This document shows, one piece after another, positions 34,301 through 45,600 of a stretch of DNA of 64,000 bases; position 1 is the stretch's first letter; every line of letters starts with the position of its first letter. Source of the stretch: Macrostomum lignano (Eukaryota); assembly GCA_002269645.1 (NCBI GenBank), contig NIVC01000292.1:558001-622000 (forward strand). Reading direction: 5' to 3'. Under the pieces are notes generated by a model that was not told the DNA's origin, made no database searches, and saw only the letters and a program-made list of their open reading frames with translations. The position numbers and the translations under genes are program-made.

Positions 34301-34334
34301 AGACACGTACCCCAAATTTAGACTTTCCGGTCAT
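19375..34334 (-). CDS. TRPM2: TRPM2-like TRP melastatin cation channel with C-terminal NUDT9-homology domain (about 1629 aa, 19 exons)
   Basis: Exons in transcript order: 34334-34311 (tentative, MTGKSKFG), 34074-33863, 33780-33624, 33531-33215, 31833-31390, 30754-30552, 30104-30007, 29907-29710, 29421-29208, 27909-27687, 26728-26056, 25762-25508, 25169-24626, 24213-24081, 23340-23169, 23086-23008, 22625-22337, 20802-20268, 19494-19375. Total 4890 nt, all GT-AG, phases consistent. Motifs: [77 protein letters not shown] Ca2+ site, FYQIFGEF pore, [10 protein letters not shown]6, TRP box WRFMR, coiled coil, NUDT9-like SPYPG...[24 protein letters not shown]...[12 protein letters not shown]. Confidence 0.9.
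19518..20158. repeat. 29-bp minisatellite (CCTGCTGCTGGCCTGCCGCTTATCTACAG)n, last TRPM intron
   Basis: About 22 units. Confidence 0.95.
20870..21970. repeat. 19-bp minisatellite (GGGGTCACCACCGGTTTCT)n
   Basis: About 58 units with ACC/GCC and TTT/TTA variants. Confidence 0.97.
21975..22340. repeat. 18-bp minisatellite (GACTCACCCAGCCCCCCA)n overlapping a TRPM splice donor
   Basis: About 20 units. The sense-strand unit TGGGGGGCTGGGTGAGTC contains GG|GTGAGT. Confidence 0.95.
22645..23000. repeat. 19-bp minisatellite (CTGAGTGAGTGCCATTTCA)n
   Basis: About 18 units filling TRPM intron 22626-23007. Confidence 0.95.
23478..23905. repeat. 30-bp minisatellite with 180-bp higher-order period
   Basis: Unit TCACCGATGACCTTCATTGACCTCAATGAG; a six-variant block is duplicated exactly. 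Confidence 0.93.
25195..25480. repeat. 21-bp minisatellite (GAATCATTTTGGGATCAGAGT)n
   Basis: About 13 units in TRPM intron 25170-25507. Confidence 0.93.
25790..26020. repeat. Degenerate GGAGATTGTGGGATTT repeat
   Basis: Fills TRPM intron 25763-26055. Confidence 0.8.
26890..27535. repeat. Pure-purine (GA/GAGAGG)n tract, about 645 bp
   Basis: Read directly; the strand is A/G only. Confidence 0.98.
29437..29695. repeat. 33-bp minisatellite (GTGGGGAATTCGATGCTTATAAAGTGTCAGGGT / ...TCATTAT)n
   Basis: About 7 units in TRPM intron 29422-29709. Confidence 0.9.
30140..30460. repeat. 35-bp minisatellite (AGGGCCAAAGCAATGTACATCCAACTAATTATTCT)n
   Basis: About 8 units of graded divergence. Confidence 0.88.
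31858..33190. repeat. 33-bp two-variant minisatellite (CATGACCAGCAAGTATGACCATCTCATCATTGC / CATGACCAGCATGCATGACCATTTCATAACTGC)n
   Basis: About 40 units filling TRPM intron 31834-33214, with higher-order blocks. Confidence 0.96.
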
Positions 34335-35301
34335 TATATAGTTCTCAAACTGATGCTTTCATCAGTCAGATTGCTTGTCTTTTGATATAAATTGCAAATA
34401 TACTACGATCAAAGAAAACGATTTTTTTCCAATATTCACAAAACACACTTTCGAAAGAAATTTAAAAGCGGCTGTAGTCAAGACAGAGCATACACATAAA
34501 CATTTTACCAAAAAAGGTCAATGATATATTTCGTTTCGAAAAAAACTTTAAATACCAAACTTGTTTAATTTGTTCAATAAAAATTTATTATCAAATTAAT
34601 ACTATTTGTTATTATATACAACACAGCTAAGACTCCTTTTCCTGGAAAAGTCTATCGTGCGAGCGAAAACAATAACCTTGTGTAAGTAATAGGCCTATAT
34701 AATACTTTAGGCCTAATGGGCAACGGCTAATATAGCTAGTTGCCTCAAAGCCTCAAAGGTTCTAAATTTCTTTTCATAATATCTTTCCTTGTATAATTTT
34801 TTGCTTACAGTATTTGCTGAGTCACTGCTAGCCACTGGTATTGTCATTGACATCATTAGTACCTCTTATTTCAATTTTAGAAGGATTTAGATTTAGATAG
34901 ATTAGATTTAGGATTGTGGTGTGTGCCAATCTAATGTAAGGCTAGGCTATGCACTATTATGGCAATAGCTGTAAATAATGCCAGTAGCATTAAGCTCAGG
35001 GTTTTTTTTTGTGCGCAGAGTGTGCGTATGCACCCTAAATTTTAAAATCGCACCCTGAAATTAAAAAAGTAGGTGCGGTTTAGGTGCGGTCTTATAACCA
35101 TTTTTCTTTAAAGGCTTAACCATGCTTAAGCTATTTTTTATGCACTGCCTTAAAATATGAAACAAAATAACTCTTTAAATCCTATTAAGTCATATAGGCG
35201 ATATAGCCTATAGCTATAGCCTTATGTAAGATATTAAAATATACATTCCCAGTTGTCTGAAATGTGAGCAATGTGAGGGTTTCACGAGAGATATTCAGAC
35301 A

Positions 35302-36379
35302 AAGGCTCCCTAAAACACGCCCCGCACCAGGCCCCGAACTGCTACACATTATAACATTTTTTGTCAATGCAGTATTTGATTGCAAGGAAAAGTTAAAATA
35401 GTAATGGAATAAATATCTTTATTTATTTTTTTAAATATTATTATTTTTTATATTCTCGTTTTCATTATTAAATTATAATATTATTATTTTATTAATATTA
35501 TTATTAATATCACTTATTGTTCACCGAATTTTATATTTCAAAGTAAAAAAACTAAATTTAATAAAAACTTGAAGCTTAACAGAAAACGCATTCTGAAGTG
35601 TCTTTAGTTATAGTCCAATTTGTTTTAATGTGTAGCGCTGCAGGGCGGGGCGGGGCGTGTTTTAGGCAAGGACGACTTAAGTAGAAGGACGGGAAACCTC
35701 GTTTCTTAGAAAAGTTTTGAAGGCACTTTTTCCCGAAAAAATACACTACGGAGATAGGAAGTTTTCATTTTTTCAGCACAAAAATTGTTATTGCGTTTGA
35801 TAGGAGGCAGATCCAGTGTTCATCTTTTGATGTGTTGTGCCTTTTTTATTGCTCTATCGATATTTGTGGGGCTTTTCGTTCAGAGGATTGGGATTCTATG
35901 TTAATTTTTTATTCTACGTATATTTTCGCGTGTCTTGTGCTTGAAATACATTAGAATGCCACGGCTCGGCTCTTTAGCTTCATGAGTCTTTTTTATCATT
36001 CTTACCCGACTGTGTAGCAAATATTTGTAACAGAGATGATAAAATAGGTTCATAAAACCAAATATTGGAGCTCTGTCATGCATTTTTGTGATTTTTAGAT
36101 ACAGGAAATATACGTAGAATAGAAAATTAACATAGAATCCTAATTTTCTGAACGAAAAGCTTTATAAATATCGATAGAGCAATAAAAAAGGCACAACATA
36201 TCAAAAGATGAACACTGGATCTGCCTCCTATCAAACGCAATAACAATTTTTGTGCTGAAAAAATGAAAACTTCCTATCTCCGTAGTGTATTTTTTCGGGA
36301 AAAGGTGCCTTCAAAACTTTTCTAAGAAACGAGGTTTCCCGTCCTTCTACTTAAGTCGTCCTTGGTTTTAGGGAGACCC
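35302..36379. mobile_element. MULE-like MITE with 9-bp TSD ATTCAGACA, third level of nest
   Basis: ATTCAGACA at 35293-35301 and 36380-36388. Imperfect TIRs ctccctaaaacacgccccgc / gcggggcgtgttttagggag; the right TIR is restored once the inner element is removed. Superfamily inferred from TSD length only. Confidence 0.6.
35667..36364. mobile_element. 698-bp foldback element, 259-bp TIRs, 8-bp TSD GTTTTAGG (P- or hAT-like), innermost
   Basis: 35667-35925 is the near-perfect reverse complement of 36106-36364, around a 180-bp spacer. TSD at 35659-35666 and 36365-36372. Termini CAAGG...CCTTG. Confidence 0.85.
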
Positions 36380-38505
36380 ATTCAGACAGACATTCAAAAT
36401 GATTGTCTGTAACTTCAAACAAAATTGACCCGCTTCAACCATCTTTTTGGCAAATACTTATGCAAGTGTTGGGCGTCGAATAAGCTTTAATTTATTAACT
36501 GAAGTAAAAATCCTTCTGACATACATTGATTTAAAAATTGCTTAGCAACACTAGCTCTGATTAGAAATCGCTTTACTGTTGACTAAAATTGTTTTGATCG
36601 TAGCAGCCTAAAAGCAGATACTGGATTTAAAAATGCTTCGATTTACTCTATACGCATGTCTCAGCTTTAAAATGACACCTCAGGCGTCGCAAAAGACAGC
36701 TTTGATGCTGAGATATTCGACACTAAACATGCATTGCTTTGCGCAATCTCACATTCAGAAATTTCACTGATTTTTTGTCGATATTTGTTGAAGCGGTTGA
36801 AGCGGGTCAATTTTGTTTAAAGTTACAGACGATCGTTTCGAATGCCTGTCTGAATATCTCTCGTGAAACCCTCACATTCTAAACAAGACTCAAGAGAAAT
36901 TGCACTCTGAGCCTTAAAATCGCACCTTGAAATTTGGCACAAGGTGCGATTTCGCACCTTATCTCTGGCGAAAAAAAAACCCAGATTAAGCTATTTTTAT
37001 GTGTAAAACAATTTACATTTACTTTGGTCATAATTTAGTGACACCCATTTTGGTGACAGGTTAGGCCTACTTTGGTGCCAAATATATGTATGGAGCATTC
37101 ACTTCACTGTCAATGATTATTAATACATTTTAAAGGTGATTTAGGCATAGTTCTAGTTTACTGTGTTAAATTATTTCGCCCTCATCTATTCAAGGGTGGG
37201 GGGTTGGAAGGGTGCAGCTGAAATTGCCATATTCAAAATCGTCATATGATAATGACAACTTGAACAAATCTCGAAGACTTAAACATTTAAATATGACGAC
37301 TTTGACCAAAGGCAAGGGTGTATTAATTTTGGATTTTTCTACCTTCGGGCAAAAATCCCTTGCATATGCACCTGTAATTTTTATATTAACTGTGTCAATT
37401 AATGCTGATTCACCCCTGATTGCTGCATCAGCAATCAGGGTCGGCGTTGCGTTTGCGCAAATTAATCTGGAGAAATCGCGCAGACGAATCACAACAAAAT
37501 TTTCTTTCTCCTGCTTACTCCGACAGCTGGGTTCTCAAGTCTAATAAATCTAATAAAATTATAAAATAAAACTAACAAGTCTAAAGTGCGCAAAACTAAT
37601 AAATAAATTTGATCTAAACTGTCGAATGCAAAAGGAAAAAGATAAGAAAAAGAAAAAGGAAAAGGGGGTTGAAAATTAGGCAGCACATCAAGGCAGTATA
37701 AATATTTAAAAAAGGAGGTTACAATCAACGGGTGGGGGTGCCGCTAGACATACTATTGGACCAAAAATCCCATGCGTGGAGACTACCGATGGAACGGCTC
37801 ACAAACATGCAAGCAACAAAATAAAACTAAAGTTTTGACCAAGATTTGACTAAGACCTACTTTTCCAACCAAAGGAAGAACAGAACAATTTCTGGAACCT
37901 CCAGTCAATGGAAATGTGACAAAAATTTAACAATGAGCGGACAAAAATTAAACGTTTGTAGCAGTTTTCTTTTTAAATGAGTTATTAAAGTAATGGTTAT
38001 TAGTTCAAATATCAATTACATGGCACCCAACTGCCACACATGACTACTAAGAATACACTGTAAATTGTTTTAATTTGTTGGCAAACAAGAACACGCTGCC
38101 GCCATGAGCTAAGATCCTTGCGCAGCCAATGCAACACAATATGACGATTTAGTGAATGCAGCATTGTCCAATACTGAGATGATGACAATTTAGATAATTT
38201 AGTTGTTTTTCTTGTAAGCCGCAGATGACAATCTCGAATATGACGACTTCGGCCAGAACCAGTTGGAATATAATGAAGTAAACTAGAACTATGCCGTGAT
38301 TTAAAAAACATACAAATTTCCATGTACACTGAAGAAAATTCTCCAATATGCATCTCAAACCCTATTGCAGCGCATCTCAAAAATGTATGGATACCCTGTT
38401 TGTTGTTTGGTACACAGCTGTGCAAACTAAATTTTATCAGAGGCGCACAGCCACACATTGCACAGTGCATATATCATTCGCCAACACTGCAATGCATGCA
38501 GCTCC

Positions 38506-38545
<40 letters not shown>

Positions 38546-38804
38546 CTTGCAAAAAAATCTATTGGTGTGCAAGCATGCCAATAGATTTCCAAAATTTTCA
38601 TACACATGCAGGACACCATCCGTGCATGGGTGTCATGCATGCAAGATCCACTATGCATACCATCCATGCAGGGTGTCATGCATGCAGGACACCCCTGTTC
38701 ACTGCAATAGGGATCTCAAAGTATATTACACAAAGATTCTATTTGCATCCATTGTACAAATCAAATGCCAATTGCAAGTACATATGTTACAGTTAAGTGA
38801 ACTA

Positions 38805-39000
38805 TGTAAGGGTTTCTTGACAGATATTTAGACAGACATTCAAAATGATCATCCATAACTTTTAACAAAATTGACCTGCTTCAACCATATTTTTAGCAAA
38901 GCTTTATGCAATTGTTTGGCATCTAATAATCATTAGTTTATTTTCTAAAGTTAAAATTCTATCAAGATAAATTGATTCAAATATTGCTTAGCAACACCTT
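38805..39000 (+). mobile_element. Diverged solo arm of the second-level TIR element family
   Basis: aagggtttcttgacagatatttagacagacattcaaaatgatc...aaaattgacctgcttcaacc...ttgcttagcaacac matches 35276-35301 plus 36380-36550. Confidence 0.6.
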
Positions 39001-39457
39001 GATTTGACTATAACTAATCAGGCCTACTAAGTAGAGGGTCCAGTGAGATTTTTTAGAAATCTTAAGTTTCAATAATATCACTTTATAGCTTTATATGTTC
39101 TAAGTGTAACAACTCCAAACTTTTTAAAATTAGTCATAAGTCATAAGTTATAAGTTAGAAAGAATTTAATGATGTTAAGTAATGTTTTCTCTCTTTAATA
39201 CATAGAGCTACCCATTTTTGTTCCTCAAAAACATGTTTTTAAAAGTGAAAATGCTAAAACTTTCTTTTTTATTAACTAAAGTTAATAATCTTGATCTTAG
39301 TTTCATTTTATAGATTATTTTTAATGCTATAGATATAGTTTTCTATCAATTTGAAAATACTAATTATAATCCATTTAAAGTTTATCTTAAAGAAAATAAT
39401 TCTATAATGGTATCATTACAATTAATCATTATATTCAGCTATTGTTTTTTATATATA

Positions 39458-40402
39458 CGAGGGGTGTCCCAAAAGTTCCCAGGATGTCCAATGTAGCTCT
39501 TTAACGGAGCCATGAAATTTCACGCCCATGGTGTCAAATAAAAGAAAATTTTGTCACAAAGAAAACAAAGTTGAAATCATTTTTTATTTAGAAGCTGCAG
39601 CAAGAAATGTGTGCGGAGGTCATGGCAATAATTTTAAACAATAAAACACAGAACAGTTCACACCATTAATGTTGGGGCATGCACCAATTCAAAATTCAAA
39701 GCAAATTGTCAAGCTCAACCTGTGGCTTCTCCACATAGTCCCTATTCAGCTGGACACACCTCTGCTACCTTGAAAGCACGCCATCGATGGCCTAGGCAAA
39801 AACACTTCAAGGCATTTCATGCAGGATAACACAATGAGTGAAGTTTTCAAGTTCACTGTAGTTCTCAAACACCAGGCCACAAAGAAGTTTCTTGATTTGT
39901 GGAAAGATAGCAAAATTGCCAGTGGTCAGAAATCTTAGCTCCACTCCATTCTACTGACCAAAGGACAAAACTTGACTTTACTGACTTTCAAGGCTCTGAA
40001 GAGAACTCATTTTTGCAAAGAAATTTCAAGTTGAAAGCAAGCACTTTACACTTTATTATCTGCACTCGCACAAAAGCTCAGATTAGCTTTATGAGCATTT
40101 CTGCTTTTTTCCATAGACACTACCACATCTTTCTGACATGTCAGTAGCACAAATTCAAAATGAAAATATCCAAAAATGGAGATGAAAATTTATTTTCATT
40201 GATATGTGAGATTGTGTAACACTACCCTGACCTTCACATACATTTCTTATGGCAGCTCTTGAATAAAAAAAGATATCAACATGATTTCAACTTTTTTTCT
40301 TTGTGACAAAATTTCCTTTCATTTGACACCATGGGCATGAAATTTCATGGCTCCATTGAAGAGCTACGTTAGACATTCCAGGAACTTTTGGGACACTTAT
40401 GT
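39458..40402 (-). mobile_element. Decayed, internally deleted Tc1/mariner element
   Basis: TA|CGAGGGGTGTCCCAAAAGTTCC left end, with about 130-bp inverted arms (39464-39590 vs 40255-40396). The minus strand at about 39720-39940 carries a stop- and frameshift-ridden mariner C-terminus (S*DF*P..NFAIFPQIKKLLCGLVFENYSEL...CVQLNRDYVEK; compare YSPDLAPSDF.LF..LK..L.G..F and RWEKC...GDYVEK). Confidence 0.8.
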
Positions 40403-41037
40403 TTACTCAGTTTTTAGCCATAAGATTCAAAGGATATCTTATCCTACGATTTACCCAGAATTATAGTAATTTTGCTTAGGTTTCTATCATAGGTAGGTCA
40501 CATTTTTAATCTTTTAAAGTTTTAAGTTGCATGGCCAGTATAAATCAAGGATGTTATGCATGTACGAGTATATAGTGTAGTATGATATACCTAAAATTAT
40601 TATAGTGGTCTCTTGTCTTTAAAGCTATAACAAGTCTAACCTTTGGCTTTCTATAAGCAAGCCCATTAAATTAGCATCTTATAAGTCTGATTTCTAGACT
40701 ATCTTAGATTTGAAATTTTAACAAAAAATTAACACTGAGCTGAAGATTACATGATAACTTTAAAACACAAATCTTTGACATAAGCATAGCAAGCAAAGCA
40801 AAAAGAGAAAAAGGGTGATGCCCTTGCTCCTAGCTAGACCAATAAACAACTTGACATTATTTTTGCCTTCTTGTGCTCAATTTAAACTTTTTCTTTATTA
40901 TTTTATGTGACACTTCAGACAAACTACTGAAAGAAGAGTATTCTAAGGCAAAGAATTTTGTTTACATTTTTTAAGCCTAATGACTCACAAAGTGCATACT
41001 TAATGGTTACTAATTTTATAATTTCAATGATGAATAA

Positions 41038-42585
41038 AGCTTGTCTATTGGATGGAACTACCTTCAGGACAGTGGTGGAACCTGATAATATTTGTAATTG
41101 TCTATTGGATAGAACTACCTTCAGGACAGTGGTGGAACCTGATAATATTTGTAATTGTCTATTGGATGGAACTATCTTCAGGATAGTGGTGGAACCTGAT
41201 AATATTTGTAATTGTCTATTGGATGGAACTATCTTCAGGATAGTGGTGGAACCTGAGAATATTTGTAATTGTCTATTGGATGGAACTATCTTCAGGATAG
41301 TGGTGGAACCTGATAATATTTGTAATTGTCTATTGGATGGAACTATCTTCAGGATAGTGGTAAAACCTGATAATATTTGTAATTGTCTATTGGATGGAAC
41401 TATCTTCAGGATAGTGGTGGAACCTGATAATATTTGTAATTGTCTATTGGATAGAACTATCTTCAGGATAGTGGTGGAACCTGATAATATTTGTAATTGT
41501 CTATTGGATGGAACTGTCTTCAGGATAGTGGTGGAACCTGATAATATTTGTAATTGTCTATTGGATAGAACTACCTTCAGGACAGTGGTGGAACCTGATA
41601 ATATTTGTAATTGTCTATTGGATGGAACTATCTTCAGGACAGTGGTGGAACCTGATAATATTTGTAATTGTCTATTGGATGGAACTACCTTCAGGATAGT
41701 GGTGGAACCTGATAATATTTGTAATTGTCTATTGGATAGAACTACCTTCAGGACAGTGGTGGAACCTGATAATATTTGTAATTGTCTATTGGATGGAACT
41801 GTCTTCAGGACAGTGGTGGAACCTGATAATATTTGTAATTGTCTATTGGATGGAACTACCTTCAGGATAGTGGTGGAACCTGATAATATTTGTAATTGTC
41901 TATTGGATGGAACTGTCTTCAGGACAGTGGTGGAACCTGATAATATTTGTACAAATTGTCTATTGGATGGAACTGTCTTCAGGATAGTGGTGGAACCTGA
42001 TAATATTTGTACAAATTGTCTATTGGATGGAACTGTCTTCAGGATAGTGGTGGAACCTGATAATATTTGTAATTGTCTATTGGATGGAACTATCTTCAGG
42101 ATAGTGGTGGAACCTGATAATATTTGTAATTGTCTATTGGATGGAACTGTCTTCAGGATAGTGGTGGAACCTGATAATATTTGTACAAATTGTCTATTGG
42201 ATGGAACTGTCTTCAGGATAGTGGTGGAACCTGATAATATTTGTAATTGTCTATTGGATGGAACTATCTTCAGGATAGTGGTGGAACCTGATAATATTTG
42301 TAATTGTCTATTGGATGGAACTATCTTCAGGATAGTGGTGGAACCTGATAATATTTGTAATTGTCTATTGGATGGAACTACCTTCAGGACAGTGGTGGAA
42401 CCTGATAATATTTGTAATTGTCTATTGGATGGAACTACCTTCAGGATAGTGGTGGAACCTGATAATATTTGTAATTGTCTATTGGATGGAACTACCTTCA
42501 GGATAGTGGTGGAACCTGATAATATTTGTAATTGTCTATTGGATGGAACTATATTCAGGATAGTGGTGGAACCTGATAATATTTG
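41038..42585. repeat. 57-bp minisatellite immediately upstream of MTMR start
   Basis: About 27 units of AATTGTCTATTGGATGGAACTATCTTCAGGATAGTGGTGGAACCTGATAATATTTGT. Confidence 0.97.
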
Positions 42586-42668
42586 GATATTTTGTTATTT
42601 TTTACTTTACTATTCATTAGGCCTCATGCCTAATGAATCCATTAGTCATCCAATAGTCTTGTAGCAAT

Positions 42669-45600
42669 ATGGGGCTGCTTGGTCATTTCTTTAGCCATGA
42701 CACTGTGGGCATGCGGATTACAGCCATTGTTTGTGATGGGGCTGCAGCCATTGTTTGTGATGGGGCTGCAGCTCACCACAGCCAATCAGAATCAGAAGCA
42801 GAAGCATTCCTCTTCCAGAAGCAGCCACAGCAGCAGCAGCAGCAGCAGCAGCAGTCACCGCCGCTGGTTCCACCATGCCGCAGGTGCGCCAACCCGTTGC
42901 CAGACACGGACAACATCGACGCTGCCGACTCGGCTGTCTTCGACTCCGATGAGCCCCGGCTGCGCCGTCTGGCACCACCGCCCGACCGCCTGCTGCCCAA
43001 CGAGCGCCTGCTGCATGTTGGCGCCTCCTCTGATGGCGGCGCCGTGGCGCTCACCAACTACCGACTGCTGCTGATCGGCGCCTGCGGCCGCCTCTCCGCC
43101 TGCCTGCCCGCCGGCATCCTGGAGCGGCCTGCCGTCATCGCCGACGCCCCCACCGCCTACCTGTTGAATGGCGGAGCCGCCGAGCCTGCCGACTCCGCCG
43201 CTCCGACCGAGGCTCAGCCCGATGTCGAACTTGCCGACTCGAGAGGTTGGTTGCGGGTTCGAATTCCAGACTCTGAGTAGGGATTTGAGATACTCGACAT
43301 CCCAGACTCTAGTTCGGATTTGAGAAATTCTACATGTCAGATTGACTCAGATTCTAAGTTTGGATTTGGGACAGTTGATTGACAGCCCTGATTCTGAACA
43401 GGGGTTTGGGAAATTTTTTTTCCTAGATTGAGTTTTATGACAACATGATGGTACTTTTAAATTACGAACTCGACATCACACATCTGACATCCCAAATCCG
43501 ACATCCCAAATCCGACATTCCCAATCCAACATTCCCAACCCGACATCCCAAAATCCGACATCCTAATCCGAAATCCCAAATCCGAAATACCAATCCGACA
43601 TCACACATCAGACATCCCAATCCGACATCCCAATGCGACATCCCGATCCGAAATTCCAAATCCCAAATCTGAAATACCAATTCGACATCACACATCAGAC
43701 ATCCCAATCCGACATCCAAAATCCGACATCCAAAATCCGACATTCAAAATCCGACATTCAAAATCCGACATCCAAAATCCGACATCCAAAATCCGACATC
43801 CCAATCCGGCATCCAAAATCCGACATCTCAAAATCCGACATCCCAATCCGACATCCAAAATCCGACATCCAAAATCCGACATTCGAAATCCGACATTGCT
43901 GATCCGACATCCAAAATTAAATCCAACATCTCCGCCCCCGCAGCCGACGCCGCAAAGCCCGGCCGTCGCGAGGCCTCCCGCCTCCTGCTGGCCAGCCGGA
44001 CCGGCCGCGTCCCGCTCCGCCTCGGCTTCCCCCGGCCTGGCGACGCGGCCATCTGGGCTGAGCGGCTGGACCCGGCCGGCCCGCTGGCCTGCAGCTCGGA
44101 CAGGGCCGGCGTTGGCGCCGCGCTCCGCTGTCAGGCCGACGACCGCCGGTTCGACTCGTACGCTGCCGAGCTGAGCAAGGAGGAGTTCCTGGTTGGTGCC
44201 GACTGCGGCTGGCTTGGGGCCGGAGGCAGAGAGGGGAAGCGCCACGGGATCTCTTGGTTTGGGGAGGTTGTCATGCGATTCAAACTTGTGAGGGCCGACT
44301 CCCAACACAGCTCTGTACAGAGCTGCTGTACACCCTGAGTGAGCGTGTGCACATACATGCGCAACCCCCTGATTTACATCGACCGTGCAACTGACAAAAA
44401 TTCGTAATTTTGGGTAAACGGCAGAAGTAACTATAACTGTATTAGTAAGGTTAAATTCCTCGTCAGCTAATGAGTACGTTTCTCTTTTTCGGGTGGACCC
44501 GCGAATATTTATCTGAGGTAGAGAGAAGCGAGGAGGCCACGCACTCCAAAGCTCAAAAAGAGACAATAATATGACCTTCAACTGTCCTGCCGGGCTCGCA
44601 GGCTGAGCAAGTTCGCCTCGGCCTGATCGGCCCCGGCAGCTCTGAGCCCGGCCAGTGGCGCCAGGCGGAGTCGCCTGCGGGCCTGTGTCCGAGCTACCCC
44701 AGGCTGCACATCCTGCCCGCCGGCCTGTCCGACGCTGAGCTCGCGCTGTCCGCCAAGTACCGCGCCAACGGCCGCTTCCCCAGCGTGGTCTGGCGCTGCT
44801 CCGCCACCGGCGCCGTGCTGGCGAGGTCCGCACAGCCGCTGGTCGGGCTCGCCGGCCTGCTGGGCTGGCGCTGCGAGGCTGATGAGAAACTCGTGAGATT
44901 GCTGACGCCCAGGCCGGAGAGCAAGGTGAGGCTGGTGGCACTGAGATAAGCACTGAGATGGGTACTGAGATAAGCACTGAGATGGGTACTGAGATAAGCA
45001 CTGAGATGGGTACTGAGATAAGCACTGAGATGGGTACTGAGATAAGCACTGAGATAAGCACTAAGATGGGCACTGAGATAAGCACTGAGATGGGTACTGA
45101 GATAAGCACTGAGATAAGCACTAAGATGGGCACTGAGACAAGCACTGAGATAAGCACTAAGATGGGCACTGAAATAAGCACTAAGATGGGCACTGAGACA
45201 AGCACTGAGATAAGCACTAAGATGGGCACTGAAATAAGCACTAAGATGGGAACTGAGACAAGCACTGAGATAAGCACTAAGATGGGCACTGAGATAAGCA
45301 CTAAGATGGGCACTGAAATAAGCACTAAGATGGGCACTGAGACAAGCACTGAGATAAGCACTAAGATGGGCACTGAAATAAGCACTAAGATGGGCACTGA
45401 GACAAGCACTGAGATAAGCACTAAGATGGGCACTGAGATAAGCACTAAGATGGGCACTGAGACAAGCACTGAGATAAGCACTAAGATGGGCACTGAGATA
45501 AGCACTGAGATAAGCACTAAGATGGGCACTGAGACAAGCACTGAGATAAGCACTAAGATGGGCACTGAAATAAGCACTAAGATGGGCACTGAGACAAGCA

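Larger units (their letters stand above)
35270..36878. mobile_element. TIR element (AATGTGAGGGTTTCACGAGAGATATTCAGACA... termini), second level of nest
   Basis: The left arm (35270-35301, continuing at 36380-36440) is the reverse complement of 36790-36878. No TSD resolved. A diverged copy of the same arm lies at about 38805-39000. Confidence 0.6.
34997..36984. mobile_element. Non-autonomous hAT-like DNA transposon (outer element of nest)
   Basis: Termini CAGGGTTTTTTTTT and AAAAAAAAACCCAG (one mismatch). 8-bp TSD ATTAAGCT at 34989-34996 and 36985-36992. Subterminal GCACC/AGGTGCG repeats at both ends. Confidence 0.75.
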
